DNA of 26,759 bases from Gemmatimonadales bacterium (GTDB lineage Bacteria > Gemmatimonadota > Gemmatimonadetes > Gemmatimonadales > GWC2-71-9). The stretch spans positions 1 to 26,759 of the forward strand of contig DASSOW010000216.1 of the NCBI GenBank assembly GCA_035700175.1, written 5' to 3'. The notes under the pieces were generated by a model. It had not been told where the DNA came from and did no database searches. It was given only the letters and a program-made list of their open reading frames with translations. Positions 6,608-15,713 of the stretch are shown piece by piece (position 1 is the stretch's first letter; each line of letters starts with the position of its first letter). The position numbers were made by a program, and so were the translations under genes.

Positions 6608-7561
6608 ATGGCTCTCGAACTCCGCGGTCTCCACCACGTGACCGCCATCTCGGCGCAGATCCGCAATAACCACCACTTCTACACCCGCACTCTTGGCATG
6701 CGGCTGGTCAAGCGCAGCGTCAACCAGGACGACGTCGGTGCCTGGCACCTCTTCTACGCCGACGCCAAGGGGACGCCCGGCACCGACCTCACCTTCTTCG
6801 ACTGGGCCATGGCGCCCGAGCGGCGTGGGTCGCGCTCCATCAGCCGGACGGGGCTGCGCGTGGCGGGGAGGGAGTCACTCGAGTGGTGGGCTCAGCACCT
6901 GACGGAGCTCGGCATGCGGCCGGGTGCTGTCACGGAACGCGATGGCAGGTTGACGGTGGATCTCGATGATCCCGAGGGCCAGCGCCTGGCCCTGATCAAT
7001 GACTCGGGTGAAGGCGACGCCTTTCCCTGGGACCGGAGCCCCGTGCCTGCTGAGCACCAGATCCGCGGACTCGGCCCGATCCAGCTGAGCGTGCCCACGC
7101 TCGCCCCAACTGACGCCCTGCTGCAGCGGGTGCTGGGCATGCGTCCGGTCCGACACTATCCGCACCCGGAGCATGGAGCGCACACGGTGCACGTGTACGA
7201 GATGGGGCCCGGCGGAGCCGGGGCTGAAGTGCATGTCGCCGAACAGCCCGACCTGCCGGCCGTACGCCAGGGCGCAGGAGGAGTGCACCATGTCGCGTTC
7301 CGCTCGCGCGACGAGGACTACGACGCCTGGGCAGATCAGCTCAATACGCTGGGCGTGCCGAACAGCGGCAAGGTGGACCGGTACTGGTTCCGCAGTCTCT
7401 ACTTCCGTGAGCCCAACGGCATTCTCTTCGAGATTGCAACCGAGGGGCCCGGCTTCGGCGTGGACGAAGAGATGGAAACTCTGGGCGAGCACATCGTCCT
7501 GGCGCCGTTTCTCGAGTCGCGCCGGGAGGAGATCATCGGGAACTTGAAGCCGATTGATTGA
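6608..7561 (+). CDS. Ring-cleaving dioxygenase, MhqA/MhqO/MhqE family (VOC)
   Basis: GLHHVTAI, LVKRSVNQDD, HLFYAD, GTDLTFF, GGVHHVAFR, DRYWFRSLYFREPNGILFEIAT; ATG 6608 after GAAGGA. Confidence 0.92.
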   Translation: MALELRGLHHVTAISAQIRNNHHFYTRTLGMRLVKRSVNQDDVGAWHLFYADAKGTPGTDLTFFDWAMAPERRGSRSISRTGLRVAGRESLEWWAQHLTELGMRPGAVTERDGRLTVDLDDPEGQRLALINDSGEGDAFPWDRSPVPAEHQIRGLGPIQLSVPTLAPTDALLQRVLGMRPVRHYPHPEHGAHTVHVYEMGPGGAGAEVHVAEQPDLPAVRQGAGGVHHVAFRSRDEDYDAWADQLNTLGVPNSGKVDRYWFRSLYFREPNGILFEIATEGPGFGVDEEMETLGEHIVLAPFLESRREEIIGNLKPID

Positions 7562-7596
7562 AGCGCTGAGCGCTAAGCGCTAAGCGCTCAGCGCGA
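7562..7596. repeat. Heptamer array AGCGCTN-type x5 forming a 12-bp hairpin (7563-7574 / 7583-7594); possible terminator or 3'-end stem
   Basis: GCGCTGAGCGCT and AGCGCTCAGCGC are exact reverse complements; starts immediately after the stop codon; no U-tract. Confidence 0.8.
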
Positions 7597-7739
7597 ACCG
7601 TCCACCTTGCGCCCTACTGGCGGCCAGATCACTATGCGACGCATGACGGAGCGCGCGGGACGGTGCGTCCAGCGCACCATCATGAACCTTGACCATCACG
7701 AACGGATGCGTGTGTCACGCGGTCCGTTCAGGAGAACAT

Positions 7740-8240
7740 ATGCCCGACTCCGCTGCATCCGCTTCCCCGAAAATCCTCCAGCCCGGTACCGAAGCGCCTG
7801 ACTTCACCCTGCATTGCACGCCCGACCAGGCCCTCTCGCTGGCGGAGTACAAGGGCAAGACCATAATCCTGGCCTTTTACCCCGCGGACTTCAGCCCCGT
7901 CTGTGGCGACCAGATGTCGCTCTACAACGAACTCATCTCCGAGTTCAAGGACCGCGATGCCCGCATTCTCGGCATCTCGGTGGATGGTGTCTGGTGTCAT
8001 GCGGCCTTTGCCAAGGAACGCAACATTCACTTTCCCCTGCTCAGCGACTTCGAGCCCAAGGGCGAGGTGGCACGGAGCTTTGGCGCGTATCGCGATGAAG
8101 AAGGTGTATGCGAGCGCGCACTCTTCGTGATCGACGGGGACGGAATCATCCGCTGGAGCTACCTGTCGCCCATCGGGGAGAATCCGGGGGCAGACGGCAT
8201 CCTGGAGGCGCTGGATTCGCTTGAAGCGAAGCACGCATGA
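7740..8240 (+). CDS. Peroxiredoxin (AhpC/TSA family, AhpE-like)
   Basis: APDFTL, FYPADFSPVCGDQM peroxidatic motif, GISVD, LLSDF, ERALFVID; AGGAG RBS before ATG 7740. Confidence 0.9.
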   Translation: MPDSAASASPKILQPGTEAPDFTLHCTPDQALSLAEYKGKTIILAFYPADFSPVCGDQMSLYNELISEFKDRDARILGISVDGVWCHAAFAKERNIHFPLLSDFEPKGEVARSFGAYRDEEGVCERALFVIDGDGIIRWSYLSPIGENPGADGILEALDSLEAKHA

Positions 8241-8785
8241 GCCCGCGCCTCGTCACGCCGGTGAATGACGCGGATCACGTGGCCGGCAGCGCTCACGCGC
8301 CGATAACGCTGGTTGAGTATGGCGATTTCGAGTGCCCCCACTGCGGGCGCGCGCATCCGATCCTGCAGCAGCTCCAGGAGCAGATGGGTGCGGACTTGCG
8401 GCTGGTGTTCCGGCATTTCCCGGTCCGGGAATCTCATCCCCACGCCGAACATGCCGCGGAGTCGGCCGAATCCGCCGCCAATCAGGGAGAGTTCTGGGCC
8501 ATGCACGACCAGATCTTCGAGCACCAGGATGCGCTCGAGGACGAGGACCTGCTCGACTACGCGGCGGCCATCGGACTCAACCGGGATACCGTCGCCGAGG
8601 ATCTGGACGCCGGAACGTTTGCCGCGAAAGTCCGCGAGGATTTCATGGATGGCGTGCGAAGTGGCGTCAACGGCACGCCCACGTTCTTCGTGAATGGCCT
8701 GCGCTATGACGGCGACTGGGAGGATCCCTCAGTCTTCGAGCAGGGACTGCGGGCGGTGGCAGGGCGGAGCAGGGGCGGCGCGTGA
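8237..8785 (+). CDS. DsbA-family thioredoxin-fold protein
   Basis: EYGDFECPHC, FRHFP, GVNGTPTFFVNG motifs; ATGA overlap with the peroxiredoxin. Confidence 0.92.
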   Translation: MSPRLVTPVNDADHVAGSAHAPITLVEYGDFECPHCGRAHPILQQLQEQMGADLRLVFRHFPVRESHPHAEHAAESAESAANQGEFWAMHDQIFEHQDALEDEDLLDYAAAIGLNRDTVAEDLDAGTFAAKVREDFMDGVRSGVNGTPTFFVNGLRYDGDWEDPSVFEQGLRAVAGRSRGGA

Positions 8786-10416
8786 CGCCAGTCTCGGGCC
8801 TGCACCATGTGTCGGCCATTGCCAGTGACCCTCAGCGCACGCTTGACTTCTACATCGGCGTGCTTGGCCTCCGGCTGGTCAAGCGCACCGTCAACTTCGA
8901 CGATCCCCAGACATACCATTTCTACTTCGGTGACACACTGGGGCGGCCGGGCTCACTCCTTACACTCTTCCCCTGGCCAGGTGCCAACCGTGGCCGGCAT
9001 GGCTCGGGACAGATTGCAGTGACGTCCCTGAGCGTCATGCCGTCGGCACTCGGCTTCTGGATCGAGCGGCTCCTGCGCCACGGAATCCGCTATGAGGGTC
9101 CATCGAAGCGGCGGATGGATGGCGCCGTCGAGAAATTCCTGTCATTTGCCGATCCAGATGGGCTCATGCTCGAACTGGTGGGCCACCCGGCCGCCGCCGA
9201 CGCTGCGCCGTGGGACGGCGCGCCTGAGATCCCGGCCGAGCATGCTATTCGTGGCCTGCATTCGGTGACGCTCTGGGTCAAGGAGGGCCAGGCCACGGAG
9301 CAGGTAGTCACCGGCGTGCTGGGCTTTCGTGAGCTGGCCGAGGACACCAGCACCAAGCGCTACGGAGTGGGCGACGCGCGGCCTGGGCAACTGCTCAACC
9401 TGCGCAGCATCGGCGGATTCGGTGAGGCGAGGGGCGGCGCGGGGACCGTGCATCACGTGGCGTTCGGTGTCAAGGATGACGGCGAGCAGATCGAGCTGCG
9501 CGAGAAGGTGCTTTCAGGCGGCCTCCAACCCACCGCTGTGCTCGACCGGAAGTACTTCCGCTCGGTCTACTTCCGGGAGCCCGGCGGGGTGCTCTTCGAG
9601 CTCGCTACCCTTGGGCCGGGGTTTGAAGTGGATGAATCCTTCGATCGGCTTGGGAGCCAGCTCACGCTACCCGGCTCGCTGGAGCCGGAACGCGCCACCA
9701 TCGAGGCAAACCTGCCGCCCATTCACCTGCCATCCAGCTCGCGAGGCATTTCCGTGTTCGAGCAGACCACCGGCCCCGAGGACGTGAGCGCCGACGCGCT
9801 CGGCTTTATCCACAAGTACGCGCCGCCAACGGCGGGCGCCTCACTTGCGGGGGGCACCACGCTCCTGCTGCTGCACGGCACTGGTGGCGATGAGAATGAC
9901 CTCATGCCGCTGGGACGGGAGCTCCTGCCCGGTGCCGGCTTGCTCGGCGTGCGCGGCAACGTCTCTGAGCGGGGCGCCGCGCGCTTCTTCCGTCGCATTG
10001 CCGAGGGCGTGTTCGACCAGGAAGATCTCACCCGCCGCACGGCGGAGCTGGCCGACTTCATCCAGTCGGCAAGCCGGGTCTATCATCTCGATCGCGACCG
10101 CATCATCGCGGTCGGCTTCTCCAACGGCGCCAACATTGCCGCCAGCCTGCTCCTGCGCGAAGCCAACGTGCTGCGGCGGGCCATTCTCTTCAGTCCCATG
10201 ATGCCCTTCGAGCCCGAGCGCCTGCCGGTGCTGGAGGGCACCGCGGTGTTCATCGGAGCGGGGCGCAACGATCCCATCGTGCCGACGGGGCAGGTGACAC
10301 AGCTCTCCGATACGCTCGAACAGGCCGGGGCACGGGTCACGCTGCACTGGGAACCGGGCGGGCACACCATCGCGCGGAAGGCAGTCGAGGCCGCCGCAGC
10401 ATGGATCGCGTCGTGA
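8782..10416 (+). CDS. Fusion: MhqO-like ring-cleaving dioxygenase (N-terminal) + MhqD-like alpha/beta hydrolase (C-terminal)
   Basis: GLHHVSAI, LVKRTVNFDDP, DRKYFRSVYFREPGGVLFELAT, then LLLHGTGGDE, GFSNGA, NDPIV, GGH; single 544-aa ORF. Confidence 0.88.
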   Translation: MTPVSGLHHVSAIASDPQRTLDFYIGVLGLRLVKRTVNFDDPQTYHFYFGDTLGRPGSLLTLFPWPGANRGRHGSGQIAVTSLSVMPSALGFWIERLLRHGIRYEGPSKRRMDGAVEKFLSFADPDGLMLELVGHPAAADAAPWDGAPEIPAEHAIRGLHSVTLWVKEGQATEQVVTGVLGFRELAEDTSTKRYGVGDARPGQLLNLRSIGGFGEARGGAGTVHHVAFGVKDDGEQIELREKVLSGGLQPTAVLDRKYFRSVYFREPGGVLFELATLGPGFEVDESFDRLGSQLTLPGSLEPERATIEANLPPIHLPSSSRGISVFEQTTGPEDVSADALGFIHKYAPPTAGASLAGGTTLLLLHGTGGDENDLMPLGRELLPGAGLLGVRGNVSERGAARFFRRIAEGVFDQEDLTRRTAELADFIQSASRVYHLDRDRIIAVGFSNGANIAASLLLREANVLRRAILFSPMMPFEPERLPVLEGTAVFIGAGRNDPIVPTGQVTQLSDTLEQAGARVTLHWEPGGHTIARKAVEAAAAWIAS

Positions 10417-10877
10417 GTGCGCCCGTGGCCGGCGCGGCCGGGGGCGTGCACGACGAGGACGGCGGACGCTGGGTCACCGCCCGCATCGGAGTCAATGGCT
10501 TCCGCACCGAAATCGAGGCGCGATCCCACGGCCTCGTGGCCGATGAACCGACGGCGCTCGGCGGCACGGATCGGGGCCCGACGCCCTACGAACTGCTGCT
10601 CGCCGCCCTGGGCAGCTGCATGGTGATGACGCTGCGCATGTACGCCGATCGCAAGGGCTGGCCGCTGGAAGGGGTTGAGGTGCGGCTTCGCACAACGCAG
10701 TCGCACGAAGCCGACTGCGTGCAATGCGAGGAAAATGAGGTTGGCATCACGACGGTAGAGCGCCAACTCGAGCTGCTTGGACAGCTCACCGATGCCCAGC
10801 GTGAGCGCTTGCTTGAGATCGCCGACCGGTGCCCGGTGAAGCAGACGCTGGAGCGAGGGGTAGGGATTAGGGATTAG
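10413..10877 (+). CDS. OsmC/Ohr family protein (YhfA-like)
   Basis: ADEP..GG...GPTPYELLLAALGSC and IADRCPV motifs; GTGA overlap with upstream stop. Confidence 0.9.
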   Translation: MSAPVAGAAGGVHDEDGGRWVTARIGVNGFRTEIEARSHGLVADEPTALGGTDRGPTPYELLLAALGSCMVMTLRMYADRKGWPLEGVEVRLRTTQSHEADCVQCEENEVGITTVERQLELLGQLTDAQRERLLEIADRCPVKQTLERGVGIRD

Positions 10878-10994
10878 GGATTAGGGGTTAGGGGTTAGGG
10901 GTTAGGGTTGAAGTTGGAGCTCCTCCGTGCAACCTATTTCCCAGACCCCTATTCCCTGGCCCCTATTCCCTAACCCCTACTCCCTAGCCCCTAT
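10861..10994. repeat. Inverted heptamer arrays: TAGGGAT x3, TAGGGGT x3, TAGGGTT (10861-10909) and alternating TCCCTRR/CCCCTAY-type units (10939-10994)
   Basis: Read directly; between convergent genes; each arm contains the TAG stop of its gene. Confidence 0.95.
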
Positions 10995-12375
10995 AAAGAT
11001 CCTCCCTCGTCCTCGGCACCTCCACCACGCCCCGTGCATCGGGCCGAGCCAGGAGCGCCTGGGCCAGGCCCATGCGGCCCGCCGCGAACTGGCGCGCCGA
11101 GTTGGCCATGTAGATTCGCCAGGTGCGATACGTCTCAGGGCTGGTGAGACCGATGGCTTCCTCCCGAGCCGCTTCGAGCCGCTGCACCCAGTGCCGGAGT
11201 GTCAGGGCGTAGTGCTCCCGCAGCGACTCCACATCCCGGGTCTCGAAGCCCTGTGCCTCGGCGATCTCGAGCATCGGCCCAAGGATCGGCAGCTGGCCGT
11301 CGGGGAATACATGCCGGTCGGTGAAGCGTCCCTCACGCCAGAGAAACTTCCGCAGGCTCCGCCGTCGCCCGCCCCTCGGGTCCTGTCCGCTCACGATGCA
11401 GTGATTGAGGAACAGGCCGCCCGGTCGTAAGGCGCTCCACGCCGCCGCGAAATAGCCGGGCAGCCGAGCGTGGCCCACGTGCTCGCACATGCCCACGCTG
11501 ACCACCCGGTCGAATGGTTCGAGCCCGTCGAGCGCGCGATAATCCCGCACCTCGACGGCGCAGCGGTCGTCCAGGCCCGACGAGTGGATGTGCTCCCGTG
11601 CCCAGGACGCCTGCGAAGGGCTCAGCGTGATTCCGAGTGCGTGCACGCCGTACTCGCACGCTGCGTGCATGATGAGGCCGCCCCAGCCGCAGCCGATGTC
11701 CAGCAGCCGGTCGCCACGCTGCAGCCGAAGCTTGCGGCAGATGTGATCGAGCTTGGCCCGCTGTGCCTCGGCCAGCGATTCGGTGCCGGTGGGGAAGTAG
11801 GCACAGGAATACACCATGGCCGGATCGAGCCACAGCGCGTAGAAGTCATTGCCCACGTCATAGTGCGACTGAATGGCACGGGCGTCCCGGGCCATGCTGT
11901 GGCGCTGGCCGGTGCGGCCCTCAGCTCGCTCCCTGATGCGTGAGCGGCGCCCGGGATTGGGAAGCCGCAGCAGCAGGCGCATGGCGCGGGTGGCAAAGCG
12001 GGGCGAGCCGAACCTGTCACGGAGCAGCTCACCCAGGCGGCTCGCGGCCTCGAGATTCCCCTCGACCTCGAACTCGCCGCCAACGTACGCCTCGCCGAGC
12101 CGGAGCTGCGACGGTGGTACCAGCATGGCGCGCAGCGAAGCGGGGCGCGAGAGGACAAGGACGAACTCGGGGGATCGCCGGGAGGGTTGGTCGGTGATGC
12201 CGCTGTCCCAGAAACGAACGGCAAAGGTGCGTGCCTCTACCGGTCCGAAGAGATGAGCCAGGGCGCCCCGGTTTCGTGTGACCGGATCGTCCGCGGTTCG
12301 ATGTGGGAGTGGGATCTCGCTCGGTCTGGTGGGCGGGGCGTCAGGTCGGACAGGCTGCGGTACAACGGTGCTCAT
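10984..12375 (-). CDS. cfa: Cyclopropane-fatty-acyl-phospholipid synthase family SAM methyltransferase
   Basis: HYDVGNDFY, MVYSCAYF, LLDIGCGWG, GITLS, SVGMCEHVG, ESLREHYALTL motifs; GGAGG RBS before ATG 12375. Confidence 0.88.
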   Translation of the reverse strand: MSTVVPQPVRPDAPPTRPSEIPLPHRTADDPVTRNRGALAHLFGPVEARTFAVRFWDSGITDQPSRRSPEFVLVLSRPASLRAMLVPPSQLRLGEAYVGGEFEVEGNLEAASRLGELLRDRFGSPRFATRAMRLLLRLPNPGRRSRIRERAEGRTGQRHSMARDARAIQSHYDVGNDFYALWLDPAMVYSCAYFPTGTESLAEAQRAKLDHICRKLRLQRGDRLLDIGCGWGGLIMHAACEYGVHALGITLSPSQASWAREHIHSSGLDDRCAVEVRDYRALDGLEPFDRVVSVGMCEHVGHARLPGYFAAAWSALRPGGLFLNHCIVSGQDPRGGRRRSLRKFLWREGRFTDRHVFPDGQLPILGPMLEIAEAQGFETRDVESLREHYALTLRHWVQRLEAAREEAIGLTSPETYRTWRIYMANSARQFAAGRMGLAQALLARPDARGVVEVPRTREDLYRG

Positions 12376-12560
12376 GGTGGCCTCCAGGGCGGGCAACAGC
12401 CGGGCCCCGCCGCGATGCATGCATTACTCAGCCTCGCATCGTTTGGCCGATCGCGCAAGCGCGCTCATCGGGCGTGTTCTCCATCACTACCAGCCCGCCG
12501 CCGTCGGTGCATCATGTCGCAGGCACCAGATCAGGTACCGCTTTTTCAGCCGGAGGACTC

Positions 12561-13547
12561 ATGGCAGTCAAGAAAGCCCAGCGCGCCGCCAGGAAAGGGC
12601 GCGTCATTCAGGATAAAGTGCGCGGCAAGGAGTCGAAGCGTGGGGCGACATCGAAGGCGCCCAGGGAATCGAAGGGCGCGGCCCAGACGGCGCCGCGCGC
12701 GCAGCCGGCGCCGCCGCAGCCGCGCCAGCACCAGGACAAGCCGGGGCAGGAGTCGCAACTCAAGCCGCGGCCCCGCTACTCGGCGCCGGCCTATCGTGGG
12801 TCAGGGAAACTGGAGGGGAAGGTCGCCATCATCACCGGCGGCGATTCCGGCATCGGGCGAGCCGTGGCAGTGCTCTTTGCCCGTGAGGGCGCCGATGTGG
12901 CGATCGTCTACCTGACCGAGCATGGCGACGCAGCGGAGACCAGGACCGCCGTCGAGCACGAGGGACGCGAGGCGCTGCTGATTTCCGGCGACGTCGCCGA
13001 CCCGGCGTTCTGCCGGTCGGCCGTGAAGCAGGCACTCGATCGGTTTGGCCAGGTGGACATCCTGGTCAACAACGCCGCCTTCCAGCAGCACGTGACGTCG
13101 TTCGAGGACCTGACCGAGGAGCAGTGGGACCACACCTTCCGGACCAATATCTACGGCTACTTCTACATGGCCAAGGCGGTCGTTCCCCACCTGGGCGACG
13201 GTGGTGTCATCATCAACACCGGCTCCGTCACGGCGTTTGACGGCAGCCCCGGCCTGCTGGATTACTCCGCCACCAAGGGCGCCATCCACACCTTCACGCG
13301 GTCGCTCTCGGAGATGCTGCTGAAGCAGGGGATCCGGGTCAACGCCGTGGCGCCGGGCCCGGTCTGGACTCCGCTCAATCCCTCCGATGCGCCAGCGGAG
13401 AAGGTGGCGGAATTCGGGAAGTCGGTGGCGATGGGCCGGCCGGCGCAGCCGGAGGAGCTGGCCCCGGCCTACGTCTTTCTCGCCGCGCCATCCTGCTCCA
13501 GCTACATCACGGGCGAGGTGATCAAGGTGGTGGGGGGATATTCGTAA
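12561..13547 (+). CDS. SDR oxidoreductase (YhdF/YghA general stress type)
   Basis: YRGSGKLEGKVAIITGGDSGIG, NNAA, DYSATKGAI, VAPGPVWTP; GGAGG RBS before ATG 12561. Confidence 0.92.
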   Translation: MAVKKAQRAARKGRVIQDKVRGKESKRGATSKAPRESKGAAQTAPRAQPAPPQPRQHQDKPGQESQLKPRPRYSAPAYRGSGKLEGKVAIITGGDSGIGRAVAVLFAREGADVAIVYLTEHGDAAETRTAVEHEGREALLISGDVADPAFCRSAVKQALDRFGQVDILVNNAAFQQHVTSFEDLTEEQWDHTFRTNIYGYFYMAKAVVPHLGDGGVIINTGSVTAFDGSPGLLDYSATKGAIHTFTRSLSEMLLKQGIRVNAVAPGPVWTPLNPSDAPAEKVAEFGKSVAMGRPAQPEELAPAYVFLAAPSCSSYITGEVIKVVGGYS

Positions 13548-13672
13548 GACGGACAGGGCGGACGAGGCGGACAAGACGGACGGGACCCGCTGCCAGAAGC
13601 TGGCAGCCAGCGACCACCTGCCCGTCCTGTCCGCCCTGTCCGCCCCGTCCGCCCCGTCCGCCCTGTCCGTCC
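13547..13672. repeat. Inverted 9-mer arrays RGRCGGACR x4 (13547-13582) and YGTCCGYCC-type x6 (13619-13672) with an inner 8-bp hairpin (13589-13607)
   Basis: Read directly; fills the gap between convergent SDR and PTS IIA stops. Confidence 0.93.
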
Positions 13673-13675
13673 CGA

Positions 13676-14128
13676 CTAGACTCCTTTTTCCGCCAGCAGC
13701 TGCATGAATTCCGCGGGGGAGGAGACTTCGCCCAGCCGCAGAGGGACGTCGGGCTCCTTGACCAGCTGGGCGATGCGACCGAGGACGGGCAGGTAGTCGT
13801 TGGAGATCTCGATGGGTGGCGCGACCAGCAGGAAGATGTTGAAGACCGGTTGGTTGTCCACGGCGTCGAAGTCGATCCCGGCGGGCTGGCGGCCGAAGAC
13901 GATCCGCAGCTGGTCCACCACGCCGGTGCGGCAGTGGGGAATCGCCACGCCCCGGCCGATGCCGGTCGAGCCCAGGTGCTCTCGCCGCTGCAGCACCCGC
14001 AGCACGAAGGATTCATCCGGCGGCGCCAGGCCCAGGCTGCCAACCAGCGTCGCGAGCACCTCATCCTTGCTGGCGGCGTCGAGGTGCAGGTGGATGTCGG
14101 ATTCGCGGACGAAATCACTGAGGACCAT
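13676..14128 (-). CDS. PTS sugar transporter subunit IIA-like protein (PtsN/fructose-mannitol IIA family)
   Basis: REHLGSTGIGRGVAIPHCR phospho-His motif, IDFDAVDNQPV; GGAGA RBS before ATG 14128. Confidence 0.9.
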   Translation of the reverse strand: MVLSDFVRESDIHLHLDAASKDEVLATLVGSLGLAPPDESFVLRVLQRREHLGSTGIGRGVAIPHCRTGVVDQLRIVFGRQPAGIDFDAVDNQPVFNIFLLVAPPIEISNDYLPVLGRIAQLVKEPDVPLRLGEVSSPAEFMQLLAEKGV

Positions 14129-14207
14129 GACGACTGGTCTCCGGTCGAGGTGGCGAGGTGAAGCGGGAAGTATGAAACGGTAGGGAGATAGAGGGAAGTG
14201 GTCCGCT

Positions 14208-15572
14208 TCAATTCCGCAGCGCGTCGCTGAGAGGGGGATCCAGGCCGTACAGATCATCGAAGTAGGCCACCGCTCCGTCCGGACGCGCCACGGCGGTGGT
14301 GTAGAGGATGAACACAGGAATCGGTTGCCGCAGGGTGACGCGCCGGGTGGCCGGCCCCTGCAGCGCGGCCCGGACCCGCTCGGGGGTCCAGCCGGGTTCC
14401 CCTGCCATCACCCACTGCGCCAGCGAAGCGGCCTCTTCCACCCTGATGCACCCGTGGCTGAAGTCACGCCGATCCCGCTCGAACAGCGTCCGCTCTGGCG
14501 TGTCGTGCGCGTAGACGCTCGCCGCATTGGGGAAGAGAAATTTCACGACGCCGAGCGCGTTCGCGCGCGAGGGCCGCTGCCGGACGTTGAGCGAGCCGTC
14601 TGCCAGCCTCTTCAGCAGCTCCGGCGTAGCGCGGTCGCCCACCACCTCATCGCGGCGGTTCACGATCTCCATGCGCCGGGTCCGGAGATAATCGGGGTTG
14701 CGCCGCAGGGACGGCAGCACCTCCTTGAGCAGGATGCTTCGCGGCACGTTCCACCAGGGCCAGAACTCCACCATCGTCATCTCGTCGAACAGCAGCGGCG
14801 TCGGGTTTCGCTCGGCGGTGCCGACTACAACCCTCGAGCGAAGCTCCGGCCGGGGGCTGCTGTCCGGGTTGTCGAATGCCAGCAGTTCGAAGGACGGGAC
14901 GTTCACGATGATCATGCGGCCCCGAACGTTCCTTGGCGCCCAGCGCAGCCGCTCGAGTGCCAGCGTGAGGCGCTCGACCCGCCGCGCGCCCTCGCCATCG
15001 CCGGGCGCAAGAAGCAGCGCGGCCCGCTCGCGGGCGAGCGCCGCCTGAAGCAGCCGGTACTGGCGGAACGGCGGCGTCATGACTTGCGCCAGCCGGGCGA
15101 GCGTATCCGACGCGGCGGCGGCCGCCACGGCCAGCGCGAGGTCTGGGGCCGAGGTGTCGCGAGGGAGGAAGACGGGCCGAGCGCGCCCCTGTCGCAGGTC
15201 CTGCAGGAAGCGCAGGATGCCGCGACTCACCGTCAGCTCCAGCTCGACGCGCACAGTGTCGCTTGGCCCTGAGGATACCTTGGCCAGCAGGCCATTCAGC
15301 CGGGGCAGCGCATACGCGCTGGAGTCGAGTCCGTGATCGGTGCTGTGGCGCAGCAGAGCCAACACCTCTCGTCCGGCCTGGTTGAGGCCGCCTTCCGAGT
15401 CCAGCCAGAGCGGGGAGAATTGTCGCAGCTGGTACAGCCGGACGAGATCGGGATCGCTGACAGTCGAGATCTGATCCGCGAGCAGCCGAGGCATTGCCTC
15501 CTGGGCCGAGGCGACGCATGGCATCGTACCAGTCAGTGAAAGCAGGGCGAACGCGGCAAGGATCGGTCTCAT
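14208..15572 (-). CDS. L,D-transpeptidase, YcbB/LdtD family
   Basis: IVNVPSFEL, VVVG...TP, PWWNVPRSI, NALGVVKFLFPN, HDTP, SHGCIRV catalytic motif; signal peptide from ATG 15572. Confidence 0.9.
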   Translation of the reverse strand: MRPILAAFALLSLTGTMPCVASAQEAMPRLLADQISTVSDPDLVRLYQLRQFSPLWLDSEGGLNQAGREVLALLRHSTDHGLDSSAYALPRLNGLLAKVSSGPSDTVRVELELTVSRGILRFLQDLRQGRARPVFLPRDTSAPDLALAVAAAAASDTLARLAQVMTPPFRQYRLLQAALARERAALLLAPGDGEGARRVERLTLALERLRWAPRNVRGRMIIVNVPSFELLAFDNPDSSPRPELRSRVVVGTAERNPTPLLFDEMTMVEFWPWWNVPRSILLKEVLPSLRRNPDYLRTRRMEIVNRRDEVVGDRATPELLKRLADGSLNVRQRPSRANALGVVKFLFPNAASVYAHDTPERTLFERDRRDFSHGCIRVEEAASLAQWVMAGEPGWTPERVRAALQGPATRRVTLRQPIPVFILYTTAVARPDGAVAYFDDLYGLDPPLSDALRN

Positions 15573-15713
15573 GAGCGGTGCTCCGCTTTCAGCATACGGC
15601 ATCCGACATGAAGTGAGCCTGAAGATTGCCACAATTGAATGCCGATTCGGCTGCTTGGTGCCCGAGCCCGCGTCAGGGTAACTTGGAGCCGCCTCCTCGA
15701 CCCGCTTCCGTGA

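Noticed and set aside
6240..6669. Cys/Ala-rich ORFs (CAVRCALCAM...) as metal-binding or RiPP peptides
   Set aside because: They are translations of the TGCGCTG heptamer array in different frames.
15582..15609. Four degenerate heptamers (TCCGCTT, TCAGCAT, ACGGCAT, CCGACAT) before the L,D-transpeptidase
   Set aside because: Too short and divergent to distinguish from chance; not counted among the arrays. If real, it would be an exception to the C-rich-before-start pattern.
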